Numbered from the stretch's first letter, positions 39,587 to 49,510 are shown. The stretch: DNA of 64,000 nt from Candidatus Bathyarchaeota archaeon (GCA_018396725.1 JAGTRC010000005.1:15149-79148), one strand, 5' to 3'. Numbers and translations are program-made. Notes: a model not told the origin generated them from the sequence alone.

Positions 39587-41002
39587 TCAGGGTTTCTCCA
39601 CCGTCTGCGGGATCTCCTCGGCGGCGCGTCTCCTCATGCGCTGCGCTATCTCCCTGGCGGCTATGACCCCGGATACGGAGGATTGGATCAGGCCCCTGGT
39701 GACGCCTGCCCCGTCGCCTGCAGCGAACAGGTTCCTTATCCTGGTCTCAAGGTTCTCGTTTAACTCCAGCCTTGAAGAGTAGAACTTGACTTCAACCCCG
39801 TAAAGCAGGGTCTGTTTAGCGTATAGGCCGGGGGCGACTTTATCCATGGCTTGGAGCATCTCCCTCACGTCTGAGAGATACCTGTAGGGGAGCACGAAGC
39901 TTAGGTCTCCGGGGGTTGCGGTGGCCAGGGTTGGAGTCACCACGTTGCGCCTTATCCGCTCCTCCGTGGAGCGCCTCCCGACCTCCAGATCTCCCAGGCG
40001 TTGGACGATTATGCCCCCGCCTAGGAGGTTTGCGAGCCTCGCGATGTATTTGCCGTAGGCTATGGGCTCCTTGAACGGCTCCGTGAAGGAGGTGCTCACC
40101 AGGATGGCGAAGTTCGTGTTATCGGTCCTCTTCTCGGCGTAGCTTTGGCCGTTGACTGTTAGGACGCCGTTGTAGGATTCGGTTATGACCTCACCGCCGG
40201 GGTTCACGCAGAAGACCCTCACCTTATCATCGAAGGCCTTGGAGAAATATATGAATTTGGGCTCGTAGAGCACCTCCACGAGCTCCTCCATCACCGAGGC
40301 TGCAACCTCAACCCGGACCCCCAGGTCCACAGGGTTGTTCACGGTCTTCAACTTTAGAGTTTGAGCCAGGGATTTCAGCCATTCAGCCCCCACCCTCCCC
40401 GGCGCTAAGATCACATAGCTGCTCTCTACGACCTCGCCATCCTCTAAAACCACGCCTCTAGCTGAGCCCTCCTTCACCAGTACGTCCCTAGCCCTCGTCT
40501 TGAGGCGTATATCGATGTGCCTCCTCAGCTCCCCCTCCATGCTGCTCAGTATCTCAGGGCATTTATCGGTCCCCAGATGCCTTATCTTCTCAGGGATGAG
40601 TTTAAGCCCCACCGACAAGGCCTTCCTACGTATCTCATCGACCCTGTCTACGTCGGTTCCGTAGAGGCGTTGAGGAGCCCCGAACCTAAGATATATTCCA
40701 TCCACGTAGTCTATAAGCTGGGACAGGTAGTCTCCGCCTATATACTCGTTGAGCCACCCCCCCACCTCGGTCGACAGGGTTAGTTTCCCGTCGCTGAAGG
40801 CTCCCGCGCCGCCCCACCCTGAGAGCAGGTAGCAGGGATCACATCCCACGCAGCCTACACCCCTGCTGGCGGGGCACGTCCTCCCATCTATCTCGGGGCC
40901 CATATCGAGCATTAAGACGTCTTCCACGCCGTTTCTAACCAGCTCCAAGGCTGCGAATATTCCGGCTGGCCCCGCCCCCACTATTACGACGTCGTACCCC
41001 AA
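39587..41002 (-). CDS. FAD-dependent oxidoreductase
   Basis: GAGPAG, GGAGAFSDGK, FCVNPGG, YGVEVKFY, GDGAGVTRG. Confidence 0.92.
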   Translation of the reverse strand: MGYDVVIVGAGPAGIFAALELVRNGVEDVLMLDMGPEIDGRTCPASRGVGCVGCDPCYLLSGWGGAGAFSDGKLTLSTEVGGWLNEYIGGDYLSQLIDYVDGIYLRFGAPQRLYGTDVDRVDEIRRKALSVGLKLIPEKIRHLGTDKCPEILSSMEGELRRHIDIRLKTRARDVLVKEGSARGVVLEDGEVVESSYVILAPGRVGAEWLKSLAQTLKLKTVNNPVDLGVRVEVAASVMEELVEVLYEPKFIYFSKAFDDKVRVFCVNPGGEVITESYNGVLTVNGQSYAEKRTDNTNFAILVSTSFTEPFKEPIAYGKYIARLANLLGGGIIVQRLGDLEVGRRSTEERIRRNVVTPTLATATPGDLSFVLPYRYLSDVREMLQAMDKVAPGLYAKQTLLYGVEVKFYSSRLELNENLETRIRNLFAAGDGAGVTRGLIQSSVSGVIAAREIAQRMRRRAAEEIPQTVEKP

Positions 41003-41071
41003 CTCTCACCTACATCCGAGAGAAGCCTCTGCGAATCCCCATAAAAAATTATCGGAGCACATGGACGATTG

Positions 41072-41151
41072 CCTCCACATCCACGTCCACTCCACATTAT
41101 AAACTGTTCATGTAACATTTAATTTTGTTTTGTGGAGTATATAATGTGGAG
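41072..41151. repeat. 12-bp inverted repeat with TCCAC reiterations around an AT-rich core in a divergent promoter region
   Basis: CTCCACATTATA (41090-101) and TATAATGTGGAG (41140-151); extra TCCAC copies at 41074-41090 and GTGGA at 41132. Confidence 0.7.
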
Positions 41152-41236
41152 GAACTTATGCTCCGGGCGCAACCTAAAATAAGGGGGAAGTATTATATTC
41201 AAAGCGTATTAATGGGTTGTAGGGGTAGTCTGGTTA

Positions 41237-42001
41237 ATGTCCGGATCTCTAGATGTGGATGGGGAGCTGAGGATAGTTGAGGTTAGGCCGTTGGATGGCC
41301 TGAGGACCTGCATAATAGGGTTGCCTGATGTGGGTCTAGTAGGTTTAATTACAGCTAATCACCTGATAAACTCTTTGGGGCTGGACGAGGTCGGCTACTT
41401 GGAGTCCAAGCTTTTACCCCCCGTCATAGTGGTTCATAACGGGGAGCCGAAGCATCCGGTGAGGTTCTTCGCCCAGGGAGGCTTGGTGATCCTGACATCT
41501 GAGATCCCTATCCCAGCCTCCATACTGAACTTATTGGCGGATGGGCTCTTGGACTGGGCTTCGGCTAAGGGCTTCGAACTCCTGGTATCGGTGAGCGGGA
41601 TAGCCGTCCCGAACAGGCTTGAGATAGATACCCCGGAGGTTTACGGGGTGGCTTCCAGCGAGAAGGCTAGGAGAATCCTGGAGGACTCGAAGATACCCCT
41701 ACTTGAGGAGGGCTTCATGGTAGGCCCCCACGCAGCCATCTTGCGGGAATCCCTTAGAAGGAAGGTGGACAGCCTGATCCTGCTGGCTCAATCGCATTAC
41801 CAGTATCCGGATCCCGGGGCCGCAGCCTCCGTAGTCAACACCCTCAACAAGTTTCTAGGCTTGAACGTGGACGTGAAGACCCTCCTGGAGCAGGCTGAGG
41901 AGATCCGCCTTAAAACCAGGGAGATAATGCAGCGCACCTATAAGGCTATGCAGAGGATGCAGAAGATGCAGGAGCAGGAGCTCCCCCCGATGTACGTCTA
42001 G
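41237..42001 (+). CDS. PAC2-family proteasome assembly chaperone-like protein
   Basis: GLPDVGLVG, YPDPGAA, C-terminal PMYV (HbYX-like). Confidence 0.9.
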   Translation: MSGSLDVDGELRIVEVRPLDGLRTCIIGLPDVGLVGLITANHLINSLGLDEVGYLESKLLPPVIVVHNGEPKHPVRFFAQGGLVILTSEIPIPASILNLLADGLLDWASAKGFELLVSVSGIAVPNRLEIDTPEVYGVASSEKARRILEDSKIPLLEEGFMVGPHAAILRESLRRKVDSLILLAQSHYQYPDPGAAASVVNTLNKFLGLNVDVKTLLEQAEEIRLKTREIMQRTYKAMQRMQKMQEQELPPMYV

Positions 42002-42040
42002 GAGGGGATCCCCCGCCTAACCCTGGAGGAGGATACCGGC

Positions 42041-42469
42041 TTGTGGCGTAGGAGGAGGATAATGGACGAGATAGAGGCCTTGGAGAGGGAGATAGACAGG
42101 ATGTTCGAGGAGGTCCTCTACGGGAAGCCCATGTGGGATCCAACCATGGGATGCTTCGAGCCCTTAACCTACCTGGATGAGCTCGAGGACAAGATAATAG
42201 TAACGGTGGACCTCCCCTACGTTAGGAAGGAGGATATAACCCTGGACGTGACCCCGGACTCCCTCAGGATAGAGGCTAAAATGGATCGTCCAGTAAGATA
42301 TGATCGATGGGGTACCGTGCAGAGGAGGTGCGAATTCAGAGGGTTCAAGAAGGAGGTGAAGCTTCCAGGCGAGGTGGTCCCCGAGGCCTCCAAGGCCAGG
42401 TTCAAGGATGGATACCTGATAATCGAGTTGCCGAAGAAGGCTACGAGACATAAGATAGAGGTGGAGTAG
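42041..42469 (+). CDS. Small heat shock protein Hsp20
   Basis: VDLPYVRKEDI, ARFKDGYLIIELPK alpha-crystallin motifs. Confidence 0.93.
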   Translation: MWRRRRIMDEIEALEREIDRMFEEVLYGKPMWDPTMGCFEPLTYLDELEDKIIVTVDLPYVRKEDITLDVTPDSLRIEAKMDRPVRYDRWGTVQRRCEFRGFKKEVKLPGEVVPEASKARFKDGYLIIELPKKATRHKIEVE

Positions 42470-42531
42470 CCGCCTATCCATCTAGAGGGTTTAAAAGACC
42501 CGCCTCAGCCCCCAATGGGGGATCGGCCGCC

Positions 42532-43137
42532 TTGAACGACATCCCATCGGACCTCCTTAAAGCATTTGTAGCATTGATCGTCATCGTGGATCCCCTGGGT
42601 AACATACCCATCTTCTCCTCCCTCACAGCGGGGATGGACGGCAAGGTGAGGAGGAGGACCTTCAACACCGCCACTGTGGTGGGCTTCGCCCTCCTCCTGA
42701 TCTTCACCCTGCTCGGGGACCAGCTCCTCAAGCTCTTCGGGATATCCATGGAGAGCTTCATGGTCGCCGGGGGTTTACTCCTAGCCATAATATCCATTAA
42801 GATACTCATCCAGGGGGGATGGGAGGAGAGGCAGGTCTCCCCTGAAGACGTGGGGGCGGTTCCCATAGCCTTCCCGCTCCTCGTGGGCCCGGGGGCCATA
42901 ACCACCACTATGCTGATACTTAAATCCTCAGGGTTAGCCGTGGCGGTCTCAGCGGTCTCCCTGGTTTTCGCCACCGTATGGCTCATACTGAGGTTCATAG
43001 ACCCCATATATAACCTGCTGGGGAAGACCGGATCCGCCGTGGTGGCGAGGGTGATGGCCGTCTTCATAGCGGCTATAGCCGTCCAGTTCATATTTGAAGG
43101 CTTCAATTTACTCCTAGGATCCTGGGGGCTGGGCTGA
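42532..43137 (+). CDS. MarC family membrane protein
   Basis: DPLGNIPIF, VPIAFPLLVGPGAITT. Confidence 0.93.
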   Translation: MNDIPSDLLKAFVALIVIVDPLGNIPIFSSLTAGMDGKVRRRTFNTATVVGFALLLIFTLLGDQLLKLFGISMESFMVAGGLLLAIISIKILIQGGWEERQVSPEDVGAVPIAFPLLVGPGAITTTMLILKSSGLAVAVSAVSLVFATVWLILRFIDPIYNLLGKTGSAVVARVMAVFIAAIAVQFIFEGFNLLLGSWGLG

Positions 43138-43141
43138 ACCA

Positions 43142-44392
43142 TTGATGCGAGAGAATGGAAGGATAGCCTTCACGGTAATCCTAATCCTATCGGCCGTGAC
43201 GGGGATCCGCGTCCCCGCAGCCCTTACAGGCTCCCCCAGAGGAGGATCCGATCCAACCCCCCAGGGCGTGAAGCTGCTGTGGATGAGCAGTACCGTAGGA
43301 GGGGTCAGGGAGGTCCTCATAACCAGTGGAGGAGAATACGTGACGGCTGGGGGTAAGGGCTTCGTAAAGAGGATGGAAGCTGGCACAGGGAAAGAGACTT
43401 GGAGCATAGAGAGGCCCCTCCAGGTGGATTCCATGGCTGAGGCGGGGGATGGATCCATCGTATTAGCGGGGTTGGAGCAGGCGCGCCTCTGGGCGATCAA
43501 GGGCGATGGATCCATATGCTGGGAGCTCTCCACGGAGGGGCCTGTACTAGCCCTGGACCTTACCGGTAGGGGGGATAAAGCGGTTTTCGGAACCTTCTTC
43601 GGAACCCTGTATTTCGCGTATCCGATGAGGCGGGAGGTTGAGGCGATCCATAGGCGGGAGGGAGCCGCCGTGATCAGGGCAGCCCTGTCAGCCGACGGCG
43701 ACACGGCCGCAATAGGATACTCGGATGACGCTGTCGAGGGGTTCAAATGGGGGGATCCTGAGCCCATATGGCATGTTAGGGTTGAGGGGCACCCTAAGGT
43801 CTTAGCCTTTTCCCCCGAGGGGGATAGGCTAATCCTCGGGACGGACAACGGGAGGCTCTACGCCCTCGACCCACGGAACGGTGAAACCCTATGGGTCTTC
43901 GAGGCGGCCGATGCTATAAGCTGCGTGGAGTTCCTGGAGGAGGACTCCATGGCCGTTGGAAGCCACGACGGATACGTCTACCTGATCAACTTGGAGGACG
44001 GCTCCAATCCATGGAGGTATAAGGTTGAGGGAGCCGTTAAGTCCATGGCCTACATCAGGAATGGATCGATCCTCTGCATAGGGGGTACGGATAGAAGGTT
44101 CAGGGCCTTAGACTTGGATGCGGGGATGGAGCTGGGCTCCGTGAAGGCGGGATACTGGGTAACCTCCATCTCCGCCTCGGAGAACGGGATCGCAGCCTTC
44201 GGGGCGGGGAAAACCCTGTACACGGTCAGGATCACCGTTGAAGGGGGAGGGGAGCATCCATCCCCCGGGGGCGGCGAGCTCTCCCAGCCCCGGAAAAACC
44301 TCGTATACGGCGCATCCATTATCCTGCCGGCCTTGGGGGCGGCGGGGTACCTCCTCGTGAAGCATAGAAGGGATAAAAAAAGGGTCGTCTAA
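43142..44392 (+). CDS. Membrane-anchored PQQ/WD40-like beta-propeller protein
   Basis: Signal peptide, repeats such as GRLYALDPRNGETLW and GSHDGYVYL, C-terminal TM. Confidence 0.85.
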   Translation: MMRENGRIAFTVILILSAVTGIRVPAALTGSPRGGSDPTPQGVKLLWMSSTVGGVREVLITSGGEYVTAGGKGFVKRMEAGTGKETWSIERPLQVDSMAEAGDGSIVLAGLEQARLWAIKGDGSICWELSTEGPVLALDLTGRGDKAVFGTFFGTLYFAYPMRREVEAIHRREGAAVIRAALSADGDTAAIGYSDDAVEGFKWGDPEPIWHVRVEGHPKVLAFSPEGDRLILGTDNGRLYALDPRNGETLWVFEAADAISCVEFLEEDSMAVGSHDGYVYLINLEDGSNPWRYKVEGAVKSMAYIRNGSILCIGGTDRRFRALDLDAGMELGSVKAGYWVTSISASENGIAAFGAGKTLYTVRITVEGGGEHPSPGGGELSQPRKNLVYGASIILPALGAAGYLLVKHRRDKKRVV

Positions 44393-44395
44393 GCC

Positions 44396-44800
44396 TTGAC
44401 GCTGATAATTAGGAAGAGGCATTTCGACGTAATCGTAGAGCATTCCCTGGAGGAGTATCCCCTGGAGGCATGCGGCATACTATTAGGCGATTTGAGGGGG
44501 TCCGTCAGATCGGTGAGGAGGGTCTTCAAGGCCCGTAACATACTAGGTTCCCCATCCCGGTACGAGATAGACCCTGAAGACCAGCTGGCCGCCTTCTCCC
44601 TAGCCGACAAGGAATCCATGGCGGTCGTAGGGTTCTATCATAGCCATCCATACTGGGATCCTGAGCCCTCCAGCTTAGATTCGGCCATGGCATTCTACAG
44701 GGATTCATCCTACGTCATATACTCCATGCCCACGAGGTCCATAGCCTCCTTCATTTGGGATGGGAGCAAGTTCATACCTGAAGAGGTTAAGATAATCTGA
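44396..44800 (+). CDS. JAMM/MPN+ (M67) metalloprotease
   Basis: EACGILLG, YHSHP....PSSLD. Confidence 0.93.
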   Translation: MTLIIRKRHFDVIVEHSLEEYPLEACGILLGDLRGSVRSVRRVFKARNILGSPSRYEIDPEDQLAAFSLADKESMAVVGFYHSHPYWDPEPSSLDSAMAFYRDSSYVIYSMPTRSIASFIWDGSKFIPEEVKII

Positions 44801-45003
44801 TCCTGAGTTACCATATACGTGAATAAATCGGTGAGGGGGCGTTCCCAGGCTCGGGGTTCCCCTCGATCCAAACCCGCAATGAATCAAAGCGGAGCATCGG
44901 CTCCTAAGGGGTTGAATGAGGGTTCTCGCGCTTAGATGCGATCATCGAGGAACTGGTTGAAGCCCCGGATCCGAGACGGGGTCTCCGGATCGGGATGAAC
45001 CGC

Positions 45004-45924
45004 CTACTTGGATCTTGAAGCTATGAGAACCCCGAGGGAGACCAGCGCCGCCCCCATTATGAAGCTTGGGGAGAACACCTTCTCCCCTAGAACTATGGAG
45101 GAGAGGATGGATGCGACGACGGGCTTAAGGAAGAACATCATAGTACCCTTAGATACTTCTATCCTGGATAAACCCCAGAAGTATAGGATGTAGGCTGCAC
45201 CGTTCGTGGCCACTCCTAAATATATGAGGTATCCTATCGTGTCCAGGCCGAGGTTTACAGGGTTCCTCGAGTAGTCCAATGCGGAGATTGGTGCGAGGAA
45301 GAGGAGCCCGAAGGCGAACGTCGAGCATAGATAATTCAATTGATTCTTTAACGCGCCCCTGCGGCCGCTTCCTTCAGAGGTCCATGAGATGCCCCATACC
45401 AGGTATACGCACCATAGGATCAAGGGTATGGCCATTAGGAGGTCGCCGTGGACGGTGCCTGAACCTAGGAAGCCGGGGTCGAACCCGGTGACCACGGCTG
45501 CCACGCCCGCTAGGCCGGTTAAAGCCCCGAGGACCTTGGACGGCGTCAAGTCTTCGCGGAGGACCATCACGGCTAAGACGGAGGATACCACCGGGTTCAC
45601 GGAGAATATCAGGGCTGCATGGGAGGCTGAGGTCCAGGTTATCGCCAGGAAATACAGGTTTAAGCCCGCCACGTTCCAGGTTAATGCCATCAAGAGGATC
45701 CTGGAGAGGTTCCTCTCCACGAACTCCCTTAAGCCGCCTCCGAGGATCGAGACCATGAGGAATAGGAAGGCGCTGCCTAGAAGGGTTCTGAGGAAGTTTA
45801 TCTGGTACGGCGTGATATCCTCCTGGACGAGCTTCGTGGCGACCTCCACGGTGGCCATTATCGAGATGCCGGCGACCGTGGATATGTAACCCGTCAGGGG
45901 GCTGCTCCTCAGGTTCAACCACAA
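45004..45924 (-). CDS. EamA/DMT transporter
   Basis: About ten TM segments in two EamA repeats (VLREDL, VLGEKV). Confidence 0.9.
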   Translation of the reverse strand: MWLNLRSSPLTGYISTVAGISIMATVEVATKLVQEDITPYQINFLRTLLGSAFLFLMVSILGGGLREFVERNLSRILLMALTWNVAGLNLYFLAITWTSASHAALIFSVNPVVSSVLAVMVLREDLTPSKVLGALTGLAGVAAVVTGFDPGFLGSGTVHGDLLMAIPLILWCVYLVWGISWTSEGSGRRGALKNQLNYLCSTFAFGLLFLAPISALDYSRNPVNLGLDTIGYLIYLGVATNGAAYILYFWGLSRIEVSKGTMMFFLKPVVASILSSIVLGEKVFSPSFIMGAALVSLGVLIASRSK

Positions 45925-46440
45925 CTACCCTTCTAGGCCGTTCCCATCCCTAACCGCTTCATCTCCGGCGATCTCAACCCTGACCTCCACAGGCTTTAAT
46001 TTAAGCTTTGAGAAGATGCTGCGGATCGCCTCGATGAGCCCTTCCAAGGACGCCTTAGGGGCATGTATCAGATGGCCTTTGCATCCACAGTCTGAGGAGC
46101 CGAACCCCTCAACCGCGAGCCCAGCCCCTAATTCCTCGATGAGCATCCGGGCTAGCCTACATTCGGAGAGCTCAGCTGTAGACGCGTAGAGAGCAGCCTC
46201 AGCTTTAAACTTGGGGTTTAAGGTCAGATAATCGATGTGCCAGAAGGGCTTCTTATCCTTGGAGAGGTGCCTCCCCAGCCGGCCCTCAACCGATGAGGAA
46301 CCCCTCCCATAACCCTTACCCACGTACATGTAGAGGCCGGGATCCAGCCGATGGATCCCCAGACCCCCCACGGCCACATGAACCCCCTCGAGCAGCCTCA
46401 GCACGAGTATGTAGACGCCCCTCAACCCCGATGCATCCAT
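45925..46440 (-). CDS. DUF123 GIY-YIG nuclease family protein
   Basis: GVYIL, YMYVG, RLGRH, WHIDYL, GFGSSDCGCKGHL. Confidence 0.9.
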   Translation of the reverse strand: MDASGLRGVYILVLRLLEGVHVAVGGLGIHRLDPGLYMYVGKGYGRGSSSVEGRLGRHLSKDKKPFWHIDYLTLNPKFKAEAALYASTAELSECRLARMLIEELGAGLAVEGFGSSDCGCKGHLIHAPKASLEGLIEAIRSIFSKLKLKPVEVRVEIAGDEAVRDGNGLEG

Positions 46441-46582
46441 AAACCCCTAAGGAGTGTAGAGGCTTAATTAAACTGCTATCCCATTTAAGATTGAAATAAT
46501 GGAGGTGGGGATGGCTTAGGCAGGTAAGGGGTGCATGGTTCATGCAGGCGATCTCCTGGATCAGGGTTGGAGGGGGTTCCCT

Positions 46583-47680
46583 TTGAAGGCTTTGATCCTG
46601 GCGGGTGGTTATGGGACCAGGCTTAGACCGCTCAGCTGCAGGAAGCCCAAGCTTCTCTTCCCGATTCTGGGTAAGCCCATCTTGAAGTGGAACATGGAGG
46701 TTTTAGCGGAGATGGGCGTGTCGGAGGTGGTCCTAGCCTTAAACTATCTGGCGGACATCCTCACCGGGGAGATGGGTAGGAGCTACCATGGGATAAGAAT
46801 CAGGTACACGGTTGAGAGGACCCCCCTCGGCACGGGCGGCCCCATCAAGAGGGCGATGAGGATCCTAGGCGGCGAAGAAGTCTTCCTAGCCATGAACGGG
46901 GACGTGGTGTTCGACAGGAGCATGGGGGGCGTCTTGGAAGCCCACATGGGGAGCGGGGCCGTCGCCACCATAGCCCTCCGAGAGGTGGAGGACACCAGCA
47001 GGTTCGGCGTAGCCCTGGTGGATCGGGAGGGATGGATAAGGGGGTTCGTCGAGAAGCCTAAGCCTGGGACCGTCGACAGCAATCTTATAAACGCCGGCTT
47101 CTACGCCCTCTCAAGGGGCATCTTCAAGTACATACCTTCGGGCAGAAAGGTCTCAACCGAGAGGGAGGTTTTCCCGGTGTTGGCAAGGGAGAAAAGGCTC
47201 CGCGCCTTCATATATAGGGGCTACTGGAGCGACATAGGCGAGATAGAGGACTTCATAAGGGTGAACAGGAGGTTCTTGGAGGCCCTTCCAGGGGACGGCG
47301 TATCCATAGATGAGGGGGCATCCGTGGAGGGCGGGGTGGAGGTGAATCCGCCCGTGAAGATATGCAGGGCGGTTCACGTCGAGGACGGTGCATCCCTGGG
47401 GCCCTACACGGTCGTAGGGGAGGGATGCAGGATAGGCAGGGGCTCAAGGATCTCCAACTCGATACTCTTCGAAGGCTGCCGGATAGGCGAGCGGGCTTCA
47501 ATCGACGGGGGCGTATTGGGGGACAGGGTCTCGATAGGCGCTAAAGCGAAGATTATGAGCGGGACGGTGCTGGGTGAGGAAGTATCGATAATGGACGGGA
47601 TACGGATCATGGGAGGGACGTCCATATGCCCATACAAGGAGGTCAGGGACGACGTGCTCACGCCTGGGAAAGTTATGTGA
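46583..47680 (+). CDS. NDP-sugar pyrophosphorylase (mannose-1-P guanylyltransferase-like)
   Basis: ILAGGYGTRLRPL, PLGTGG, FVEKP, hexapeptide repeats; TTG at 46583 with GGAGG SD. Confidence 0.93.
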   Translation: MKALILAGGYGTRLRPLSCRKPKLLFPILGKPILKWNMEVLAEMGVSEVVLALNYLADILTGEMGRSYHGIRIRYTVERTPLGTGGPIKRAMRILGGEEVFLAMNGDVVFDRSMGGVLEAHMGSGAVATIALREVEDTSRFGVALVDREGWIRGFVEKPKPGTVDSNLINAGFYALSRGIFKYIPSGRKVSTEREVFPVLAREKRLRAFIYRGYWSDIGEIEDFIRVNRRFLEALPGDGVSIDEGASVEGGVEVNPPVKICRAVHVEDGASLGPYTVVGEGCRIGRGSRISNSILFEGCRIGERASIDGGVLGDRVSIGAKAKIMSGTVLGEEVSIMDGIRIMGGTSICPYKEVRDDVLTPGKVM

Positions 47681-48108
47681 CCGGCGGGATCCAGATCTCA
47701 ATCTATTACCCTTCGCCCTATAGCTAAGGGTTCATCGAGGGTCACTAGGGTCGAAGGTGAAGAATCCCAGATTGGATGCTGCGCAGCCATGCCATGCTGA
47801 GCGGCAGCCAGACACCCCGTCCGCCCGGAAACCGCGCCTCGCAGCTGGAGCATGTCCATCCGGCCTACTTCCACTTATTTATATTTAGTTCGCTGCGTAT
47901 CGGATGCATCCCAGAGGTTCATTAATATTTATAAAAGATCATCTATCTGGAAGTTTGCTATTTGGAATTTGGAAGATCGACAACTCCCAAATAGAAGAAT
48001 ACAGGAAAGCTTGTTAGGCTTGAGGTTGAGCCTCGATTCGCGCTTAGCTCTATGGTAGAAGCTCAAACTTTATATTTATATTAAACATCTTGTATTTTAG
48101 GTGATTGT

Positions 48109-48348
48109 ATGTTTAAGCGTACAACCATACTCCTCGAACAAGATATTTACAAGAAGCTTATTGAGGAAAGCTTAAGAAAGTATGGAACTACAAGAGCAAT
48201 ATCAAAAGTCTTAAATGAATTGCTTAAAAATGCTCTTAAAGGTGAAGCGGAAGTTTTAAGCCTTCTCCTATCCGAGAAGATTGCGAGAACGACTGTTAAG
48301 GAGTTCGAAGAATTTCGCAGGGAACTATCTAGAAGGTTAGAGTCATGA
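48109..48348 (+). CDS. RHH-like antitoxin
   Basis: KRTTILL beta-strand start, ATGA overlap with the PIN gene; AT-rich. Confidence 0.82.
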   Translation: MFKRTTILLEQDIYKKLIEESLRKYGTTRAISKVLNELLKNALKGEAEVLSLLLSEKIARTTVKEFEEFRRELSRRLES

Positions 48349-48770
48349 TTTTGGACACTACATATTTGCTACCTCTTGCGCGGATTGCTATAGACCTTGA
48401 TTTATTGGATGCAATAGCTAAAGGAAAAACTAGTTTAAAGCTCGAGGATGTAGCAGTAAGCTTAATCTCCATATTTGAACTTCAAGCGAAAGCTGCAAAG
48501 CTTATGGTTCCAGCTGAATTTGTAGTTAAAGCTGTAAATGTAATGCTTAATGCTTTTAAGGTTGAATCCTTTTATAACCCTGAAATAATTAAAGTTAGTT
48601 ACGAACTAAAAAAGTTAATTCCAGATTACATAGATTGTGTGGTAGTAGCTACAGCTATTACACTAAAGGAAAGCTTAATTACCGAAGACTCCTTAATTTT
48701 AGCCAACGCTGAAGTGATAAAAAAAGGGTACGGCGTAAACGTGTTAAGCTTTAAGGACGTTGTCAAATAG
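48345..48770 (+). CDS. VapC PIN-domain toxin
   Basis: ILDTTYLLP, SIFEL, DYIDC, LITED; AT-rich. Confidence 0.9.
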   Translation: MILDTTYLLPLARIAIDLDLLDAIAKGKTSLKLEDVAVSLISIFELQAKAAKLMVPAEFVVKAVNVMLNAFKVESFYNPEIIKVSYELKKLIPDYIDCVVVATAITLKESLITEDSLILANAEVIKKGYGVNVLSFKDVVK

Positions 48771-48987
48771 ATTGAAGCTCAAATTTCCATTATAAGGGTC
48801 TGGTTGATGTAAGCCTTCTTTTCATTCTGCCTGGGAGATCCTCAATTGCTACATCTTTTTATCTTTAAGATGAAGCTTTAGAGCTTCTAAAGAGCTGGAA
48901 ATGGATGCCTGAAAAACTATAAGAAGAGTTGCTGAAGGGTATTCTAAAAATGAGCCTTTTACGATTTGCAAAAATTAGAAAAATGCA

Positions 48988-49278
48988 TTAAATACTTCGT
49001 TGGAATAATGTAAACCAATTGGCTTTTGATAATAATTTATGGATTTTTCGCAATTGATAGAAGAAGCCTGCAGGCTTGGGTAACGAGGCTAAAACATCGC
49101 TAATTATCTTCTCGCCTAACTCAATCAATTGATTAGGCGTTAAAATTAGGCTTTGACAAGAGGCTCCAAGCCTTCTGAGGCGTACATCGGCCGTTATCTT
49201 GGAGCCCCTAGCCAAATTCCTATACCAGAGCTTAACTTGGCCATCTTCAAGCAAATAACCATATTTCGCCTTTAGCAT
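48988..49278 (-). pseudogene. N-terminal remnant of an archaeal tyrosine integrase
   Basis: LLEDGQVKLWYRNLARGSKITADVRLRRLG resembles, from memory, N-termini of tRNA-adjacent archaeal integrases; no catalytic domain; about 55 nt from the tRNA 3' end. Confidence 0.65.
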
Positions 49279-49331
49279 GAGAAATTTCTCCAAAATCCTT
49301 TTTAAAGGAGTGGGGCCCCGCCCCGAAATCA

Positions 49332-49463
49332 TGGTGGGGCTGGCCGGATTTGAACCGGCGATCACGTGGGTTCCAGACCTCCTGTTGGCTCCCAAGCCAC
49401 GTAGCCTAGACCAGATTCGCCTCGCAGCCCATTGTAACGGGCTGCGATCTAGCAGACAGCCCC
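49332..49463 (-). tRNA. tRNA-Pro(UGG) with two introns (15/16: 49448-49416; 37/38: 49390-49371), CCA encoded
   Basis: Acceptor GGGGCTG/CAGCCCC-ACCA, T arm GCCGG-TTCAAAT-CCGGC, anticodon stem CGTGG/CCACG; removing 33 and 20 nt gives a 79-nt cloverleaf. Confidence 0.9.
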
Positions 49464-49496
49464 ATCCATTTATTTTCTTTCAGATTTGAAGATCCA

Positions 49497-49510
49497 TTTT
49501 AAAGTTTCTC
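49497..49510 (-). promoter_or_regulatory. BRE/TATA promoter of tRNA-Pro
   Basis: GAGAAAC-TTTAAAA on the minus strand about 35 nt upstream of the tRNA. Confidence 0.65.

Noticed and set aside
48988-49395. 135-aa ORF as listed in the track
   Set aside because: Its 5' part runs through the tRNA gene; only the part from ATG 49278 looks coding
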